A stretch of 31,141 bases of DNA from Ilumatobacteraceae bacterium (GCA_025464045.1 JAODBQ010000287.1:1-31141), one strand, 5' to 3'; counted from the stretch's first letter, positions 17,506 through 27,593 are shown. Translations and numbers: made by a program. The notes: generated by a model from the letters alone, not told the origin.

Positions 17506-17528
17506 GCTCACCAACCGACGCGTGCAGC

Positions 17529-17741
17529 ATGTCCCGCCGACAACGACAACTGGACGAGCTCCGTGAGCTCTGCCGCTGCGGCGCGGTCCTCCGCGCGATC
17601 GACCTCGCGTTCGAGCACTTCGCCCACTTCGGGCGGGACGATGACATCATCGAACTGCTCGCCGACGCCATCGAGCACGCTGGGGCGCCCGGGAGTGCTC
17701 GCCGCCGGTTCGCCGAGCTGCGCGCGTCGCATCCGTCATAG
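17529..17741 (+). CDS. Small (70 aa) helical hypothetical protein
   Basis: MSRRQRQLDELRELCRCGAVLRAIDLAFEHFAHFGRDDDIIELLADA...; GC3-biased codons; fills the gap between DUF4389 and the SARP gene. Confidence 0.55.
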   Translation: MSRRQRQLDELRELCRCGAVLRAIDLAFEHFAHFGRDDDIIELLADAIEHAGAPGSARRRFAELRASHPS

Positions 17742-17786
17742 GCGCGTCACCGACGGCGCGTCGAACATCCCAAGTACCGTCGACTC

Positions 17787-20700
17787 ATGCACATCGCCCT
17801 TCTCGGCGAGCTCGAGATCCTCGACGACGACGAGCGCGACGTCGTGGTCACGGGAGCCAAGCTGCGAGCGCTCCTCGTGGTGTTGGCGCTGCATGCGGGC
17901 CGTGTGGTGGCCGCTGATCAGCTCGTCGACGCGTTGTGGGGGGACGAACCGCCGCCCGCGGTCCGCAACGGCCTGCAGGGACTCGTCTCGAAGCTGCGCC
18001 GCGCGCTCGGTTCGACGAGCCTCGTGGCCATGCGCGGCGGCGGCTACGCGCTCGAGCTCTCGCCCGGTGCAGTCGACGTGCACCGATTCGAGCAGCTGGT
18101 CACGGAGGGACGTGCGGCGGCGACCCGCGGCGAGCCAGGGCGCGCCATCGAGCTCCTGGCGGAGGCCGACTCGCTGTGGCGGGGCGACGCGCTCGCCGAG
18201 TTCGCCTATGAGGAGTTCGCCGCGGTGGAGATCAGCCGGATGTCGGAACTGCGCCTCGCCGCGGTCGAGGAACGACTCGACATGGAGCTGCAACTCGGTC
18301 GGCATCGGGGCGTGATCGGCGAGCTCGAAGCGCTCGTCTCGACGCACCCGCTCCGTGAGCGGCCCCGTGGACTGTTGATGACCGCGCTGTACCGCGCCGG
18401 GCGCCAGGCAGATGCCCTCAGGATCTTCCAGGAAGGTCGACGCGTCCTGAGCGAGGATCTCGGGCTCGACCCTGGGCCGGAACTGCGCCAGTTGGAGGCC
18501 GCGGTCCTCGCCCAGGATCCGTCGCTGGACGCGGCCGACGCCCCCGGTCGAGGCGTGGCCACGTGGACCGAGCAACGCCCGACCATGCCGGAGTCGCTGA
18601 CACCACTGGTTGGACGCGACGGCGAGCTGCGCGCCCTGACGCGGCTGCTCCACGATCATCGCTTCGTCACGCTCGTCGGGCCCGGCGGGGTGGGCAAGAC
18701 ACGGCTGGCGCTCGAAGCGGCTCGCGGCCAGTCGGTGTCGCTGACGTACGGCGGGTGCCTCGTCGAGCTCGCCCCCGTCGGCGATCCCGCCGGTGTGCGC
18801 GCCGCGATCGCGTCCGCTCTCGACCTGCCTGACCCCAGCCGGCTGGCAGAGATGATCGGCCAACGTGACCTGCTGATCCTGCTCGACAACTGCGAGCACG
18901 TGATCGCCACAGCCGCCGGGATCGCCGAGGACCTGTTGCGCCGCTGTCCAGGTCTGCGTCTCCTCGCGACGAGCCGTGAGGGGCTGCGAGTCGGTGGCGA
19001 GACGATCTGGCCGGTGCCGCCGCTCGCGACCGACGATGCCGTCGAGCTGTTCATCGCACGCGCCCAGGCCGCGGGTGCGCCGCTCGCGCTCTCCGACGAT
19101 CTCCTCGCGGCGGTCGCGGAGATCTGCGTCCGCCTCGACGGCCTGCCGCTCGCCATCGAGCTCGCTGCCGCGCGCACCCGAGCGTTCCCCGTCCAGCAGA
19201 TCTCGTCGCGCCTGAACGATCGGTTCCGCTTGCTGACCGGCGGGTCACGCACCGCGCTGCCGCGCCAGCAGACGTTGCGGGCCGTTGTCGACTGGAGCTA
19301 CGAGCTGTTGTTCGACGACGAGCAGCGCGTCCTGGAACGGCTGTCGGTGTTCCCGGGCGGTTGCGACCTGGCCACGGCCGAAGCCGTCTGCGCCGACGAG
19401 AGCCTCGCTGCGTCCGAGCTCGCCGACATCATCCATGCCCTTGTCGACAAGTCGCTCGTCATCGCGGTGCCCACGGCCGACGACCTGCGCTTCACCCAGC
19501 TCCAGACGCTCGCGCAGTACGGGCGGGAGAAGCTCGCCGAACGAGGCGACTCGGAGCGGATCCGCGACGCCATGGCGGCGCACTACGCCCGGTTGTGCGC
19601 CGGCTCCGCAGCCGCCTTCACCGGCGACGACCAGCGCGCGTGGCTGACGGCGATCGACCACGAGCAGGACAACCTCAGAGGAGCACTCGAATGGGCCGTC
19701 TCCAGCGACGATGCCGAGGCTGCCCTGACGATCGCGGGCGGCGCGAGCTGGCCCCACTGGCTGGCGGGCACCGCCGTCGAGGGCAAGCGCTGGCTCGGCG
19801 ACGCCTTTCGGTGTGGCGGCGACGCGAGCGAGCGCGCTCGGGCACTGGCGTTGACGGGCCGGGGACTGCTCGACTTCCAGTTGGGCGCACCGGCGGGCGT
19901 CGATGCCGACCTCGAAGCCGCGCTGGCGATCTTCCGTGAAGCCCACGACGTGGATTCGATGGCCCTGACGTACTCGTTCTACGCCGAGGTCGCGGCCGCG
20001 CGCGGTGACCGTGACGAAGGCCGCCGCCGCCGCCTCGAGGTGCTCGGGTTCTACCTGGGGTTGCCTGACGACCCGTTCGTGGTCGCCGCGCGTGCGTACT
20101 CGCGGGCGAAGCTCGGCCTCTTGGACAGCGACCTCGGACAGGCCGAGCGCTGCTACCGCGAGGCCGCCGAGGGCTTCTCCCGGATCGACAGACCGATGAT
20201 GCGCTCGATGTGCCTCGGCATGGTCGCCGACTTCGACGAGCGCTCCGGCAACTACCGAGCCGCGATCGACCACCTGGAAGAAGCGGTCGAGACCAACGAC
20301 TCGCTCGGCCTTCGTGGCTTCACCGGTGCACTGCTCGCGCGGCTCGGTTGGGCGCTCCTCCAACACGGCGACGCCACGCGCGCCGAGCTCGTCTACCACC
20401 GCGCGCTCGACCTCGCCCGCCGGCTGGGCAACACGCCGGTGGTCTTCCTCGCCCTCACGGGTCTCGCCGACGTCCACCGGCTCCACGGTCGCGACGGTGC
20501 GGCCGCCGCGGCGGCGACCGAAGCACTCGAGCTGTACCTGGCCGGCGGCCCTCGCCGGCTCGCGAACCGCGTCGATCCGCAGGCCGACGTGCTCGTCGGT
20601 GCTGCCGTGTGCTGCGCGGTGCTCGGCATCCTCGCCGCGGACGCAGGTAGCGGGGAGCACGCAGCACAGCTGCTCGGGCATGCTGACCGTCTCCGCAACG

Positions 20701-20852
20701 ATGCCGGGGCGCCGATGCCCGCGTTCCAACGCGACGAGCTCGAGCGCGCGCGGGAAGCCGCCGTCACGCTGCTCGGTCCCGACGCGTTCCTGGCAGCGTT
20801 CGAGCTCGGCCAGCATGGCCGGCTCGGCCAGGACGTGGTGTTCGGACCCTGA
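17787..20852 (+). CDS. AfsR/SARP-family regulator (wHTH-BTAD-NB-ARC/STAND ATPase-TPR)
   Basis: MHIALLGELEI, LQGLVSKLRRAL, BTAD HPLRERPRGLLMTALYRAGRQADAL, Walker A GPGGVGKT, Walker B LLILLDNCEH, GLPLAIELAAAR. TACCGT lies 6 nt before the ATG. Confidence 0.93.
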   Translation: MHIALLGELEILDDDERDVVVTGAKLRALLVVLALHAGRVVAADQLVDALWGDEPPPAVRNGLQGLVSKLRRALGSTSLVAMRGGGYALELSPGAVDVHRFEQLVTEGRAAATRGEPGRAIELLAEADSLWRGDALAEFAYEEFAAVEISRMSELRLAAVEERLDMELQLGRHRGVIGELEALVSTHPLRERPRGLLMTALYRAGRQADALRIFQEGRRVLSEDLGLDPGPELRQLEAAVLAQDPSLDAADAPGRGVATWTEQRPTMPESLTPLVGRDGELRALTRLLHDHRFVTLVGPGGVGKTRLALEAARGQSVSLTYGGCLVELAPVGDPAGVRAAIASALDLPDPSRLAEMIGQRDLLILLDNCEHVIATAAGIAEDLLRRCPGLRLLATSREGLRVGGETIWPVPPLATDDAVELFIARAQAAGAPLALSDDLLAAVAEICVRLDGLPLAIELAAARTRAFPVQQISSRLNDRFRLLTGGSRTALPRQQTLRAVVDWSYELLFDDEQRVLERLSVFPGGCDLATAEAVCADESLAASELADIIHALVDKSLVIAVPTADDLRFTQLQTLAQYGREKLAERGDSERIRDAMAAHYARLCAGSAAAFTGDDQRAWLTAIDHEQDNLRGALEWAVSSDDAEAALTIAGGASWPHWLAGTAVEGKRWLGDAFRCGGDASERARALALTGRGLLDFQLGAPAGVDADLEAALAIFREAHDVDSMALTYSFYAEVAAARGDRDEGRRRRLEVLGFYLGLPDDPFVVAARAYSRAKLGLLDSDLGQAERCYREAAEGFSRIDRPMMRSMCLGMVADFDERSGNYRAAIDHLEEAVETNDSLGLRGFTGALLARLGWALLQHGDATRAELVYHRALDLARRLGNTPVVFLALTGLADVHRLHGRDGAAAAAATEALELYLAGGPRRLANRVDPQADVLVGAAVCCAVLGILAADAGSGEHAAQLLGHADRLRNDAGAPMPAFQRDELERAREAAVTLLGPDAFLAAFELGQHGRLGQDVVFGP

Positions 20853-20972
20853 CGGACGACGCGCTGGATCGGCGCTGTCGTCGAGCTCAGCCGAAGTGCA
20901 GTCAGACGTCAGCGGGTCCGGGGATGGTGGCCTCATCCCGCACTCGGCGGGGCCAACCCCGGGAGGACCCCA

Positions 20973-23153
20973 GTGAGTGCACTTCTGTATCGACTCGGCC
21001 GCAGCAGCGCCCGCCACCCGTTCCGCGTGATCGGCCTCTGGCTCGTCGCCGCGATCGCGGTCGTGGCGCTGCAAGGCGCCGCGGGCGGCCAGTTCGACGA
21101 CAGCTTCCGTGTCCCCGGCGTCGAGTCACAACGAGCGGCCGACATCTTGAAGGACCGGTTCCCCAGCCACGCTGGACAATCGACGCGCATCGTCGTCCAC
21201 ATCGATGACGGTCGGCTCGACGACGCCGACCACAGACCGACCATCGAACGCGTCCGCCAGCAGCTGTCGAGGGGCCACGATGTCGCCGGCGTCACCGATC
21301 CGTTCGTCGCGCAGTCCGCGGCGGTCAGCCCGGACGGGCAGACCGCGTACCTCGACGTGGCCTACTCGCTGGACAAGCTCACCGTCACCCAGCTCGACGA
21401 CGCGACGACCGCGGCGGACACCGCCCGCGCCGCCGGCGTGCAGACCGAGTTCACCGGTGCCCTCGCGCAACTCGCGAAGCACGATCCCAGCAGCGAGCTC
21501 ATCGGCATCGGCGTCGCGATCGTCGTGCTGTTGATCGCGTTCGGGTCCGTGGTGGCCATGGGCCTGCCGATCCTCACCGCCCTCATGGGCCTCTTCGTCG
21601 GCGCTGCCGGGGTCGGCCTGCTGTCGGCCGTCATGGACGTTCCCGAGTTCTCGCTGATCCTGTGCATGATGGTCGGCCTCGGCGTGGGCATCGACTACGC
21701 GCTGTTCATCGTCACGCGCCACCGCCAGCACCTGCACGACGGCATGAGCGTCGAGGACTCGGCCGGCACCGCCATCGCCACTGCCGGACAGGCGGTTCTG
21801 TTCGCGGGCACGACCGTGGTCGTCGCCATCCTCGGTCTGTTCCTCGCAGGACTTCCGGCACTGACGTCGATGGGCGTCTCTGTCGCGTTGGTCGTCGTCG
21901 TCGCGATGCTCGCCGCCACCACGCTGCTGCCCGGGCTGCTCGGGCTGGCCGGCACGAAGATCGACAAGCTCTCGATCCACCGCAAGCGGCACGTCGTCAA
22001 GCCTGCGCAGGAGACGTTCTCGGGCCGGCGGGCCCACCACGTCGGCACCCACCCGGTTCGCTACGCCGTCATCGGCCTCGTTGCGTTGTGCGTCGTCGCG
22101 ACGCCGGCGCTGAGCATGCGGATCGGCACGCCCGACGACGGCAACGCCAGCGCCCAGACGACCCAGCGCAAGGCGTACGACTTGCTCGCCGACGGCTTCG
22201 GTGCCGGCTTCAACGGCCCCATCCAGGTGGTCATCGAGGTCCCGACGGCAGCCGATCAGGTGGCCGTCGGCCGCGTCCACGACGCGCTGCAGGCCGATCC
22301 CGGCGTTGCCGCCGTCACGGCACCCGTCTTCAACGTCGCCCGGAACACCGCGATGCTGACCGTCAACCCCACCACGGCGCCGCAGGACGAGGCCACCGGG
22401 GCGCTCGTTCGGCACCTGCGCTCCGAGGTGCTCCCGATCACGGTTGCGGGCACCGACGCCAGAGCGCTGCTCACCGGACAGGCGATGATCACCGACCTCA
22501 CCGAACGGATCACGAGCCGCCTGCCGATCTTCATCGCCGCGATCGTGGCGATGTCGTTCGTGCTGCTGATGATCGTGTTCCGGTCGATCCTCGTGCCGCT
22601 GAAGGCCGCATTGATGAACCTGCTCTCGATCGCCGCGGCCTACGGGGTGATCGTCGCCGTGTTCCAATGGGGCTGGGGCAACCATCTGATCGGGGTCGAA
22701 CACACGATGCCGATCAACCCGTTCGCACCGTTGATGATGTTCGCCATCCTCTTCGGATTGTCGATGGACTACGAGGTGTTCCTCCTGTCCCGGATTCGGG
22801 AGGAGTACGTGGCGACCGGTGACAGCCACCAGTCCGTGGTGACGGGACTGTCCAGCACCGCACGGGTCATCACATCGGCCGCGTTGATCATGATGAGCGT
22901 GTTCGCCGCGTTCGTCCTCGGTGACGATCCCACCGGCAAGCTCTTCGGTGTCGGCCTCGCCGTCGCCGTGCTCCTCGATGCGACGCTCGTGCGCATGGTG
23001 CTCGTGCCGGCGACGATGAGCCTGCTCGGTCGAGCGAACTGGTGGCTGCCGACGTGGCTCGACAAGATCCTCCCCCACCTCGACCTCGAGGCGGGCCCCA
23101 AGGATGCTGACGTCGTCGACATCGAGGCCGAGCGCGAGCCGGTCGCCGCGTGA
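20973..23153 (+). CDS. MMPL (RND-superfamily) transporter
   Basis: GGAGGA RBS; VGLGVGIDYALF, AIATAGQAVLFAGTTV, FGLSMDYEVFLLSRIREEY, LLDATLVRMVLVPA. Confidence 0.93.
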   Translation: MSALLYRLGRSSARHPFRVIGLWLVAAIAVVALQGAAGGQFDDSFRVPGVESQRAADILKDRFPSHAGQSTRIVVHIDDGRLDDADHRPTIERVRQQLSRGHDVAGVTDPFVAQSAAVSPDGQTAYLDVAYSLDKLTVTQLDDATTAADTARAAGVQTEFTGALAQLAKHDPSSELIGIGVAIVVLLIAFGSVVAMGLPILTALMGLFVGAAGVGLLSAVMDVPEFSLILCMMVGLGVGIDYALFIVTRHRQHLHDGMSVEDSAGTAIATAGQAVLFAGTTVVVAILGLFLAGLPALTSMGVSVALVVVVAMLAATTLLPGLLGLAGTKIDKLSIHRKRHVVKPAQETFSGRRAHHVGTHPVRYAVIGLVALCVVATPALSMRIGTPDDGNASAQTTQRKAYDLLADGFGAGFNGPIQVVIEVPTAADQVAVGRVHDALQADPGVAAVTAPVFNVARNTAMLTVNPTTAPQDEATGALVRHLRSEVLPITVAGTDARALLTGQAMITDLTERITSRLPIFIAAIVAMSFVLLMIVFRSILVPLKAALMNLLSIAAAYGVIVAVFQWGWGNHLIGVEHTMPINPFAPLMMFAILFGLSMDYEVFLLSRIREEYVATGDSHQSVVTGLSSTARVITSAALIMMSVFAAFVLGDDPTGKLFGVGLAVAVLLDATLVRMVLVPATMSLLGRANWWLPTWLDKILPHLDLEAGPKDADVVDIEAEREPVAA

Positions 23154-23320
23154 TCGTCGGTGAAAGGACCTATGACCCGGCGCGCCGCATGCGTGGCTCC
23201 GTACCGTGGGCGTGTGCTTCACGGGTGGAACCAGTTGACGATGGGTGCACCGACGTCGGCAGACTGCGACAACTGCTCGAACCGGCTCCGCGACGAGCGG
23301 GACCGCCCGCAGGATGCCGG

Positions 23321-23593
23321 ATGACGGCCAGCGGTCCGCGGCACGTGACGCAGGCGACCGAGACGTTCGTCGGCCGCGGTGCGGCGGTGCTCGGTGAGAC
23401 CGGCGAGCTGGCCGAGTTCGACGTGTGGCAGGTGTGGCACGAGGCCGGCCGCCACGTTCACTTCGCGCGGAACGGGATCGTCGGAGGTGACCCTGTGGCC
23501 GACCGAACGCTCATGAGGCTGTTGCTCAACGGACGCGTCGACCTGGGCGCGTGTTGCTGGACCGCCCATCCGGAGCAGCACGCGGCGACGTAG
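23321..23593 (+). CDS. Hypothetical protein (about 90 aa)
   Basis: ATG 23321 preceded by CAGGAT at 5 nt; plausible codon usage; followed by terminator hairpins. No family recognised. Confidence 0.4.
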   Translation: MTASGPRHVTQATETFVGRGAAVLGETGELAEFDVWQVWHEAGRHVHFARNGIVGGDPVADRTLMRLLLNGRVDLGACCWTAHPEQHAAT

Positions 23594-23626
23594 ACCAGGT
23601 GTGCCCTTGGGAGGGGCCTGCGCAGT

Positions 23627-23700
23627 ACCGCCCGCTCGGCCGTTCGGCCCGGCGGGCGGTCGCGCGCCTGACCGCGATCGCCGACAGGCGATCGCGGTCA
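23627..23700. terminator. Tandem hairpins, probable bidirectional terminator between convergent genes
   Basis: ACCGCCCGC...GCGGGCGGT (23627-23660) and a perfect 14-bp stem TGACCGCGATCGCC-gaca-GGCGATCGCGGTCA (23669-23700). Confidence 0.7.
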
Positions 23701-23776
23701 TGACGTCGAGCTGCGCAAGCGATCCGCCGCTGTGGCGGGGTCCGGCGCGGCCCAGGACCGACCGGGGTCGTGAGAC

Positions 23777-25741
23777 CTAGGCGCACTTCCCGTTGTCGCA
23801 CCAGATCTGGTTGCTCTGGTGACGCTGCTGGCCGTACAGGCCGATGCCCGTCGTGCCGTCCGGCAGCTTGTTGGCGCTGATCCCATTGACGTACGGCTGG
23901 CTGATGATCGCCGAGTCGGCCCGGGTCAACCACAGGTTCCACACCTGTGCACCGAACTCCTTGTTGATCGCCTCGGCAGCCGCCTTGCGTGCCGCTGTGT
24001 CGCCGTTGATCTTGATCGTCTCCAGCGCCTGGTCGATGATCGGATCCTGGAACCGCCCGAAGTTCAGCGCTGACGTGCCGATCGGCTTGGCGGCGGCGGT
24101 CGTCCACCACGTGCGCTGCTGGTCGGGATCGACGCCGCTGTGGTTGCGCCAGGTCTGCGCCTGGAACGTCCCGTTGAGGGCGAGGCCGATGTACTGACCC
24201 TGCTCGATCGGGGTGTCCGTGGTCTTCACCTTGTCACCGAATGCGTCGGTCCACATCGCCGCGATCAACTGGACGGACTCGACGTTGAACGGGTCGTTCG
24301 TCGTGTTGAAGGTGAACTCGAGGCTGCTCGTACCTGTCGCCGCCAGGCACGCGTCCATGAACTTCTGCGCCTGGGCGATGTCGAACTTCGGGTAGCCGCT
24401 GTCGGGCAGGTAACCGAGTGAACCCTTCGGGTACGGTCCGTCGGCCGGGGAGGCGATACCGCCGCCGCCGCGCTCCTGCGAGTACCGGTCGCGATCGATC
24501 GCGGCGGCGAGAGCCTGGCGGCAAGGCAGCTGCAGCAGCGGGCTCTTCGCGTTGTCTCCCTTCGGGTCGGCCGCGCCCTGGGCGACGTTGAGGAGGACGT
24601 AGCTGGTCTCCCCGAACTTGTTGCTCGACACGGTCTTCAGGTCCTTGTCGTCCAGCGCGGTCTTGATCGTGTCGGAGTTCGCCGTCGCCATCGCGTCGAT
24701 GTCGCCCGAGCGCACCGCGTTGGAGCGGCTGTCGGCATCGACGTACGCGACGCCCTCGATCCCGTCGAGGTACGGCAGGTCCTCACCGGTGATCCCGTTC
24801 GGGCCACGCCAGTAGTCCGGGTTCTTCGTCGCCTTGAACGAGTTGCCGTTGCCCGGTGTGTACGACTGGAAGGTGAACGCCCCCAGCCCGACTGGCTTGG
24901 CCGGGTCGCCGTTCGCCGCAGTGGCGGCCAGCGCGGCGTCGTAGTGCACGGCCTTCGGGTTGCGTTGCGGCACGTCCGCCAGGCTGGACAGCCACTGCTT
25001 GGAGAACATGTACCCGCACGAGGAATAGGCGTAGTAGGCCGGCAGGGCGACCCATGGTCCACCCTTCGTGGTGATCACCACGTCCTGACCGCTGGCGGTC
25101 GTCTTGTCGATCGCCGCGTACGCGCTCGCGGTCAGCGGGCTGTCCAGGCAGGTGTCGATGTTGAACTTCACCGCGTCGCCGTCGAGTGGCGTGCCGTCCT
25201 GGAACTTGATCCCGTCGCGGATGTGCAGCGTCCACTCCGTGAAGTCGGCGTTGTGGTCGACCGACGTGAGGAGGATCGGCACGACCTCACCCTTGTCGTT
25301 GAGCCCGAAGAGGCTGTCGGAGACGCCCTGCAATTCGAAGAAGCAGCTCCCCGCGCAACTGACGCGGTAGGGCGCCCACGGGTTGGCGCTGTCGGAGTCG
25401 ATGCCGAACACCAACGTCCCACCGTGCACCGGCGCACCGGCGGTGTCGGTCACGGCGTGGTTGGCCAGGTCGCTGCTGCCCGGCGACGTCGAGCCGGTTG
25501 TGGCACCAGTCGAACCAGCCGTGGTTGCGCTCGTCGATCCGCCGGTCGTCGTCGTCGATCCGCCGGTCGTCGTCGTCGATGCGCCGGAGCCGGCCGAGGT
25601 GGCCGCTGTCGTGTCGTTGACGATCGCGCCTGGTGTCGAGGCGGTCGTCTTCGTCGTCGCGTCGCTGCCGCATGCCCCCGCGACAAGCGTCACGACCGTC
25701 AACGTGGCCAGCAGCGCGGAGCTGCGTCTGGTCGAGATCAT
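23777..25741 (-). CDS. ABC transporter substrate-binding lipoprotein, family 5 (peptide/nickel type)
   Basis: ATG 25741 with GGGGGAAG RBS; lipobox LVAGAC; Thr-rich linker; HGGTLVFG, LHIRDGIKFQDGTPLDGDAVKFN, KNPDYW, ALAAAIDRD. Confidence 0.9.
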   Translation of the reverse strand: MISTRRSSALLATLTVVTLVAGACGSDATTKTTASTPGAIVNDTTAATSAGSGASTTTTGGSTTTTGGSTSATTAGSTGATTGSTSPGSSDLANHAVTDTAGAPVHGGTLVFGIDSDSANPWAPYRVSCAGSCFFELQGVSDSLFGLNDKGEVVPILLTSVDHNADFTEWTLHIRDGIKFQDGTPLDGDAVKFNIDTCLDSPLTASAYAAIDKTTASGQDVVITTKGGPWVALPAYYAYSSCGYMFSKQWLSSLADVPQRNPKAVHYDAALAATAANGDPAKPVGLGAFTFQSYTPGNGNSFKATKNPDYWRGPNGITGEDLPYLDGIEGVAYVDADSRSNAVRSGDIDAMATANSDTIKTALDDKDLKTVSSNKFGETSYVLLNVAQGAADPKGDNAKSPLLQLPCRQALAAAIDRDRYSQERGGGGIASPADGPYPKGSLGYLPDSGYPKFDIAQAQKFMDACLAATGTSSLEFTFNTTNDPFNVESVQLIAAMWTDAFGDKVKTTDTPIEQGQYIGLALNGTFQAQTWRNHSGVDPDQQRTWWTTAAAKPIGTSALNFGRFQDPIIDQALETIKINGDTAARKAAAEAINKEFGAQVWNLWLTRADSAIISQPYVNGISANKLPDGTTGIGLYGQQRHQSNQIWCDNGKCA

Positions 25742-26106
25742 TCTTCCCCCCTGTGGTTGAGTTCGGGGCCACCGGCCCCTGTGCCTGCTCGGCAACCGTG
25801 CGCCGATTCCCGCGGTGCCGCGAACGCGCGCCGCACCTCCCCGATGGGTGGTGCAGTGACGCGTTCATCGTTGTTCGCACGCCGTTGGTGCTCGCGAGGC
25901 CGTCGCGATCGGCTCGTGCCACATGCGCAGCCGCTCCGACGATCCCATCGTGTCCCACCCCCCGGTGCCCACCACTACGGGTCACCTTAGAGTTCGATGA
26001 TCAGCGGATGTGGCATCGGACACATCCACGCCCGACGTCGGCGGACTGGATCGCGACGCACGTACAGGGATGCTCCAGCGCCTCATCACATGGAGACCTC
26101 CACCGC

Positions 26107-26160
26107 CCTGCTCGCCGAGCCGCCAAGCTCGATGTGGTCGACGCGGTCCGCAGCGCCTGA
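26107..26160 (+). pseudogene. Remnant 3' end of an FtsX/MacB-type ABC permease
   Basis: PARRAAKLDVVDAVRSA-stop matches the PARRAAxLDPxxALR C-terminus of FtsX-like permeases. The upstream frame is not hydrophobic or permease-like. Confidence 0.5.
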
Positions 26161-26221
26161 CCACGGTTCCTCCCCGTGGCCCTGCTCCCCCACCGGGCCG
26201 GCGATGTACCTTCTGCGTCGG

Positions 26222-27403
26222 TCAGTGCGGGACCGCGCCGCCGGCAATCGCGATCGCGGCGCCGACGGCGGCCGCGCCGAGCAACGTGGTGACAACGCCG
26301 CGGCCGAGTGCGAACAGTGACAGGCCGGCAGCGACCAGGATCGCGAACTGCCAGGGCTCGGCCAGTGACCGCGCGAGCGGGATCGCCGAGCCGAGAATCG
26401 CACCGATGGCGGCCGGGCCGGCACCTTGCAGGAAGGTCTGCGCAGTGCGGTTTGCTCGTAGCCGGTCGAACCGATCGCCACCGATCAGGATGAACGCGAA
26501 CGATGGCGTGAAGGCGACGGCGGCGGCGAGGAGGCCGCCGCCGATTCCCGCTGCCGCGTAGCCGACTGCCGCGACGGTCTGGGTGACCGGCCCGGGCGTG
26601 ACTTGACCGAGCGCGACGGCGTCGAGGAACTGTGCGGCGGTCATCCAGTGGTAGTGGTCGACGGCGTCGGCGCGCATCATCGGGATGATCACGAACCCTC
26701 CGCCGTAGGCGAGTGCTCCGACCTTGAACGCGGTCCACGCCAGAGCCGCGAGGCTTCCTGTTGCGATGACGGCAGAGCTCGCCAACGGGAATCCGGTCAG
26801 GCCAGCACTGGTAGGGGTCGGTGTGGTGGCGCGGAGCGTGATCTCGATGATCCCGCAGGCGAGCAGGATGGGCGCGAGGTAGCTGCCGATCGTCGCAGCT
26901 GCGGCTGCGCCGGCCGTGGCGTAGACGACCCAGCGCGCGCGGGAGGTGTCTGTCGACCGACGCCATGAAGCTGGGATCAGACCGACGGCGGCGTGGATCG
27001 CCACAGCCGCCACCGCGGCGCCTGCGCCCGCGCCGGCCCCGGCGATCCAGGTTGGCGGCGCGTTCTCGAGGAACAGCGATGCGAGGGCGAGCACGATCGC
27101 CAGACCGGGGAGGATGAACGCGAGCCCGCCAACGAGCGCGCCGGAGCGGCCCCTGACCCGTGAGGCGCAGTAGATGGCGAGTTGGGTCGACGCCGGACCT
27201 GGCAGCAGGTTGCAGGCCACGACGGCGTCCTCGAAATCGACGGCGGTCAACCAATGCCGTCTGGTCACGCACAGGTCGCGGAGCAGGACGATGTGACTCG
27301 GCGGACCGCCGAAGCCGATGCATCCGATTCGCCCCCACTCCTTCGCCACGGTTGTCAGCGTTGCGACGGGCGCGTGATCTCGTTCCTTCGCGCTTCTTGT
27401 CAC
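26222..27403 (-). CDS. chrA: Chromate ion transporter (CHR family, long-chain)
   Basis: IGCIGFGGP, CNLLPGPASTQ, ALAYGGGFVI, ALGQVTPGP; two homologous halves. Confidence 0.92.
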   Translation of the reverse strand: MTRSAKERDHAPVATLTTVAKEWGRIGCIGFGGPPSHIVLLRDLCVTRRHWLTAVDFEDAVVACNLLPGPASTQLAIYCASRVRGRSGALVGGLAFILPGLAIVLALASLFLENAPPTWIAGAGAGAGAAVAAVAIHAAVGLIPASWRRSTDTSRARWVVYATAGAAAAATIGSYLAPILLACGIIEITLRATTPTPTSAGLTGFPLASSAVIATGSLAALAWTAFKVGALAYGGGFVIIPMMRADAVDHYHWMTAAQFLDAVALGQVTPGPVTQTVAAVGYAAAGIGGGLLAAAVAFTPSFAFILIGGDRFDRLRANRTAQTFLQGAGPAAIGAILGSAIPLARSLAEPWQFAILVAAGLSLFALGRGVVTTLLGAAAVGAAIAIAGGAVPH

Positions 27404-27501
27404 GACGGCGGTGGGCCGGACTCGATACCGCTGCCAATCGTCGTGGCAGCGGGCAGCTGGTCGATGTCCATGCGGACGCTGAGGATCTCATTGTCGAACA
27501 T
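27400..27501 (-). CDS. Putative 33-aa leader ORF translationally coupled to chrA
   Basis: GAGGGGG RBS 8 nt before ATG 27501; MFDNEILSVRMDIDQLPAATTIGSGIESGPPPS; its TGA overlaps the chrA GTG; contains a 9-bp hairpin at 27428-27452. Confidence 0.5.
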   Translation of the reverse strand: MFDNEILSVRMDIDQLPAATTIGSGIESGPPPS

Positions 27502-27561
27502 CGTTGGTGCCCCCTCGTGGGTACGACGTCAGTCGCCGGCAAGCGACCAGATTCCATCTAC

Positions 27562-27593
27562 TTGACATGAATCAAACTAGTCTGATGTACTGT
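27562..27593 (+). promoter_or_regulatory. Promoter and dyad operator upstream of the arsR-arsC fusion
   Basis: Perfect TTGACA (27562-27567); near-perfect 16-bp palindrome ATCAAACTAGTCTGAT (27571-27586); TACTGT (27588-27593); ATG at 27598 without SD. Confidence 0.7.

Noticed and set aside
17787-20852. Antiphage STAND/NLR (Avs-like) defence protein
   Set aside because: The N-terminus is an OmpR-type wHTH plus BTAD (AfsR-like transcription regulator), not a nuclease, TIR or other effector domain.
23150-23320. 147-aa ORF coupled to the MMPL stop
   Set aside because: The first 57 codons look non-coding. A leaderless-type start at 23321 is more plausible.
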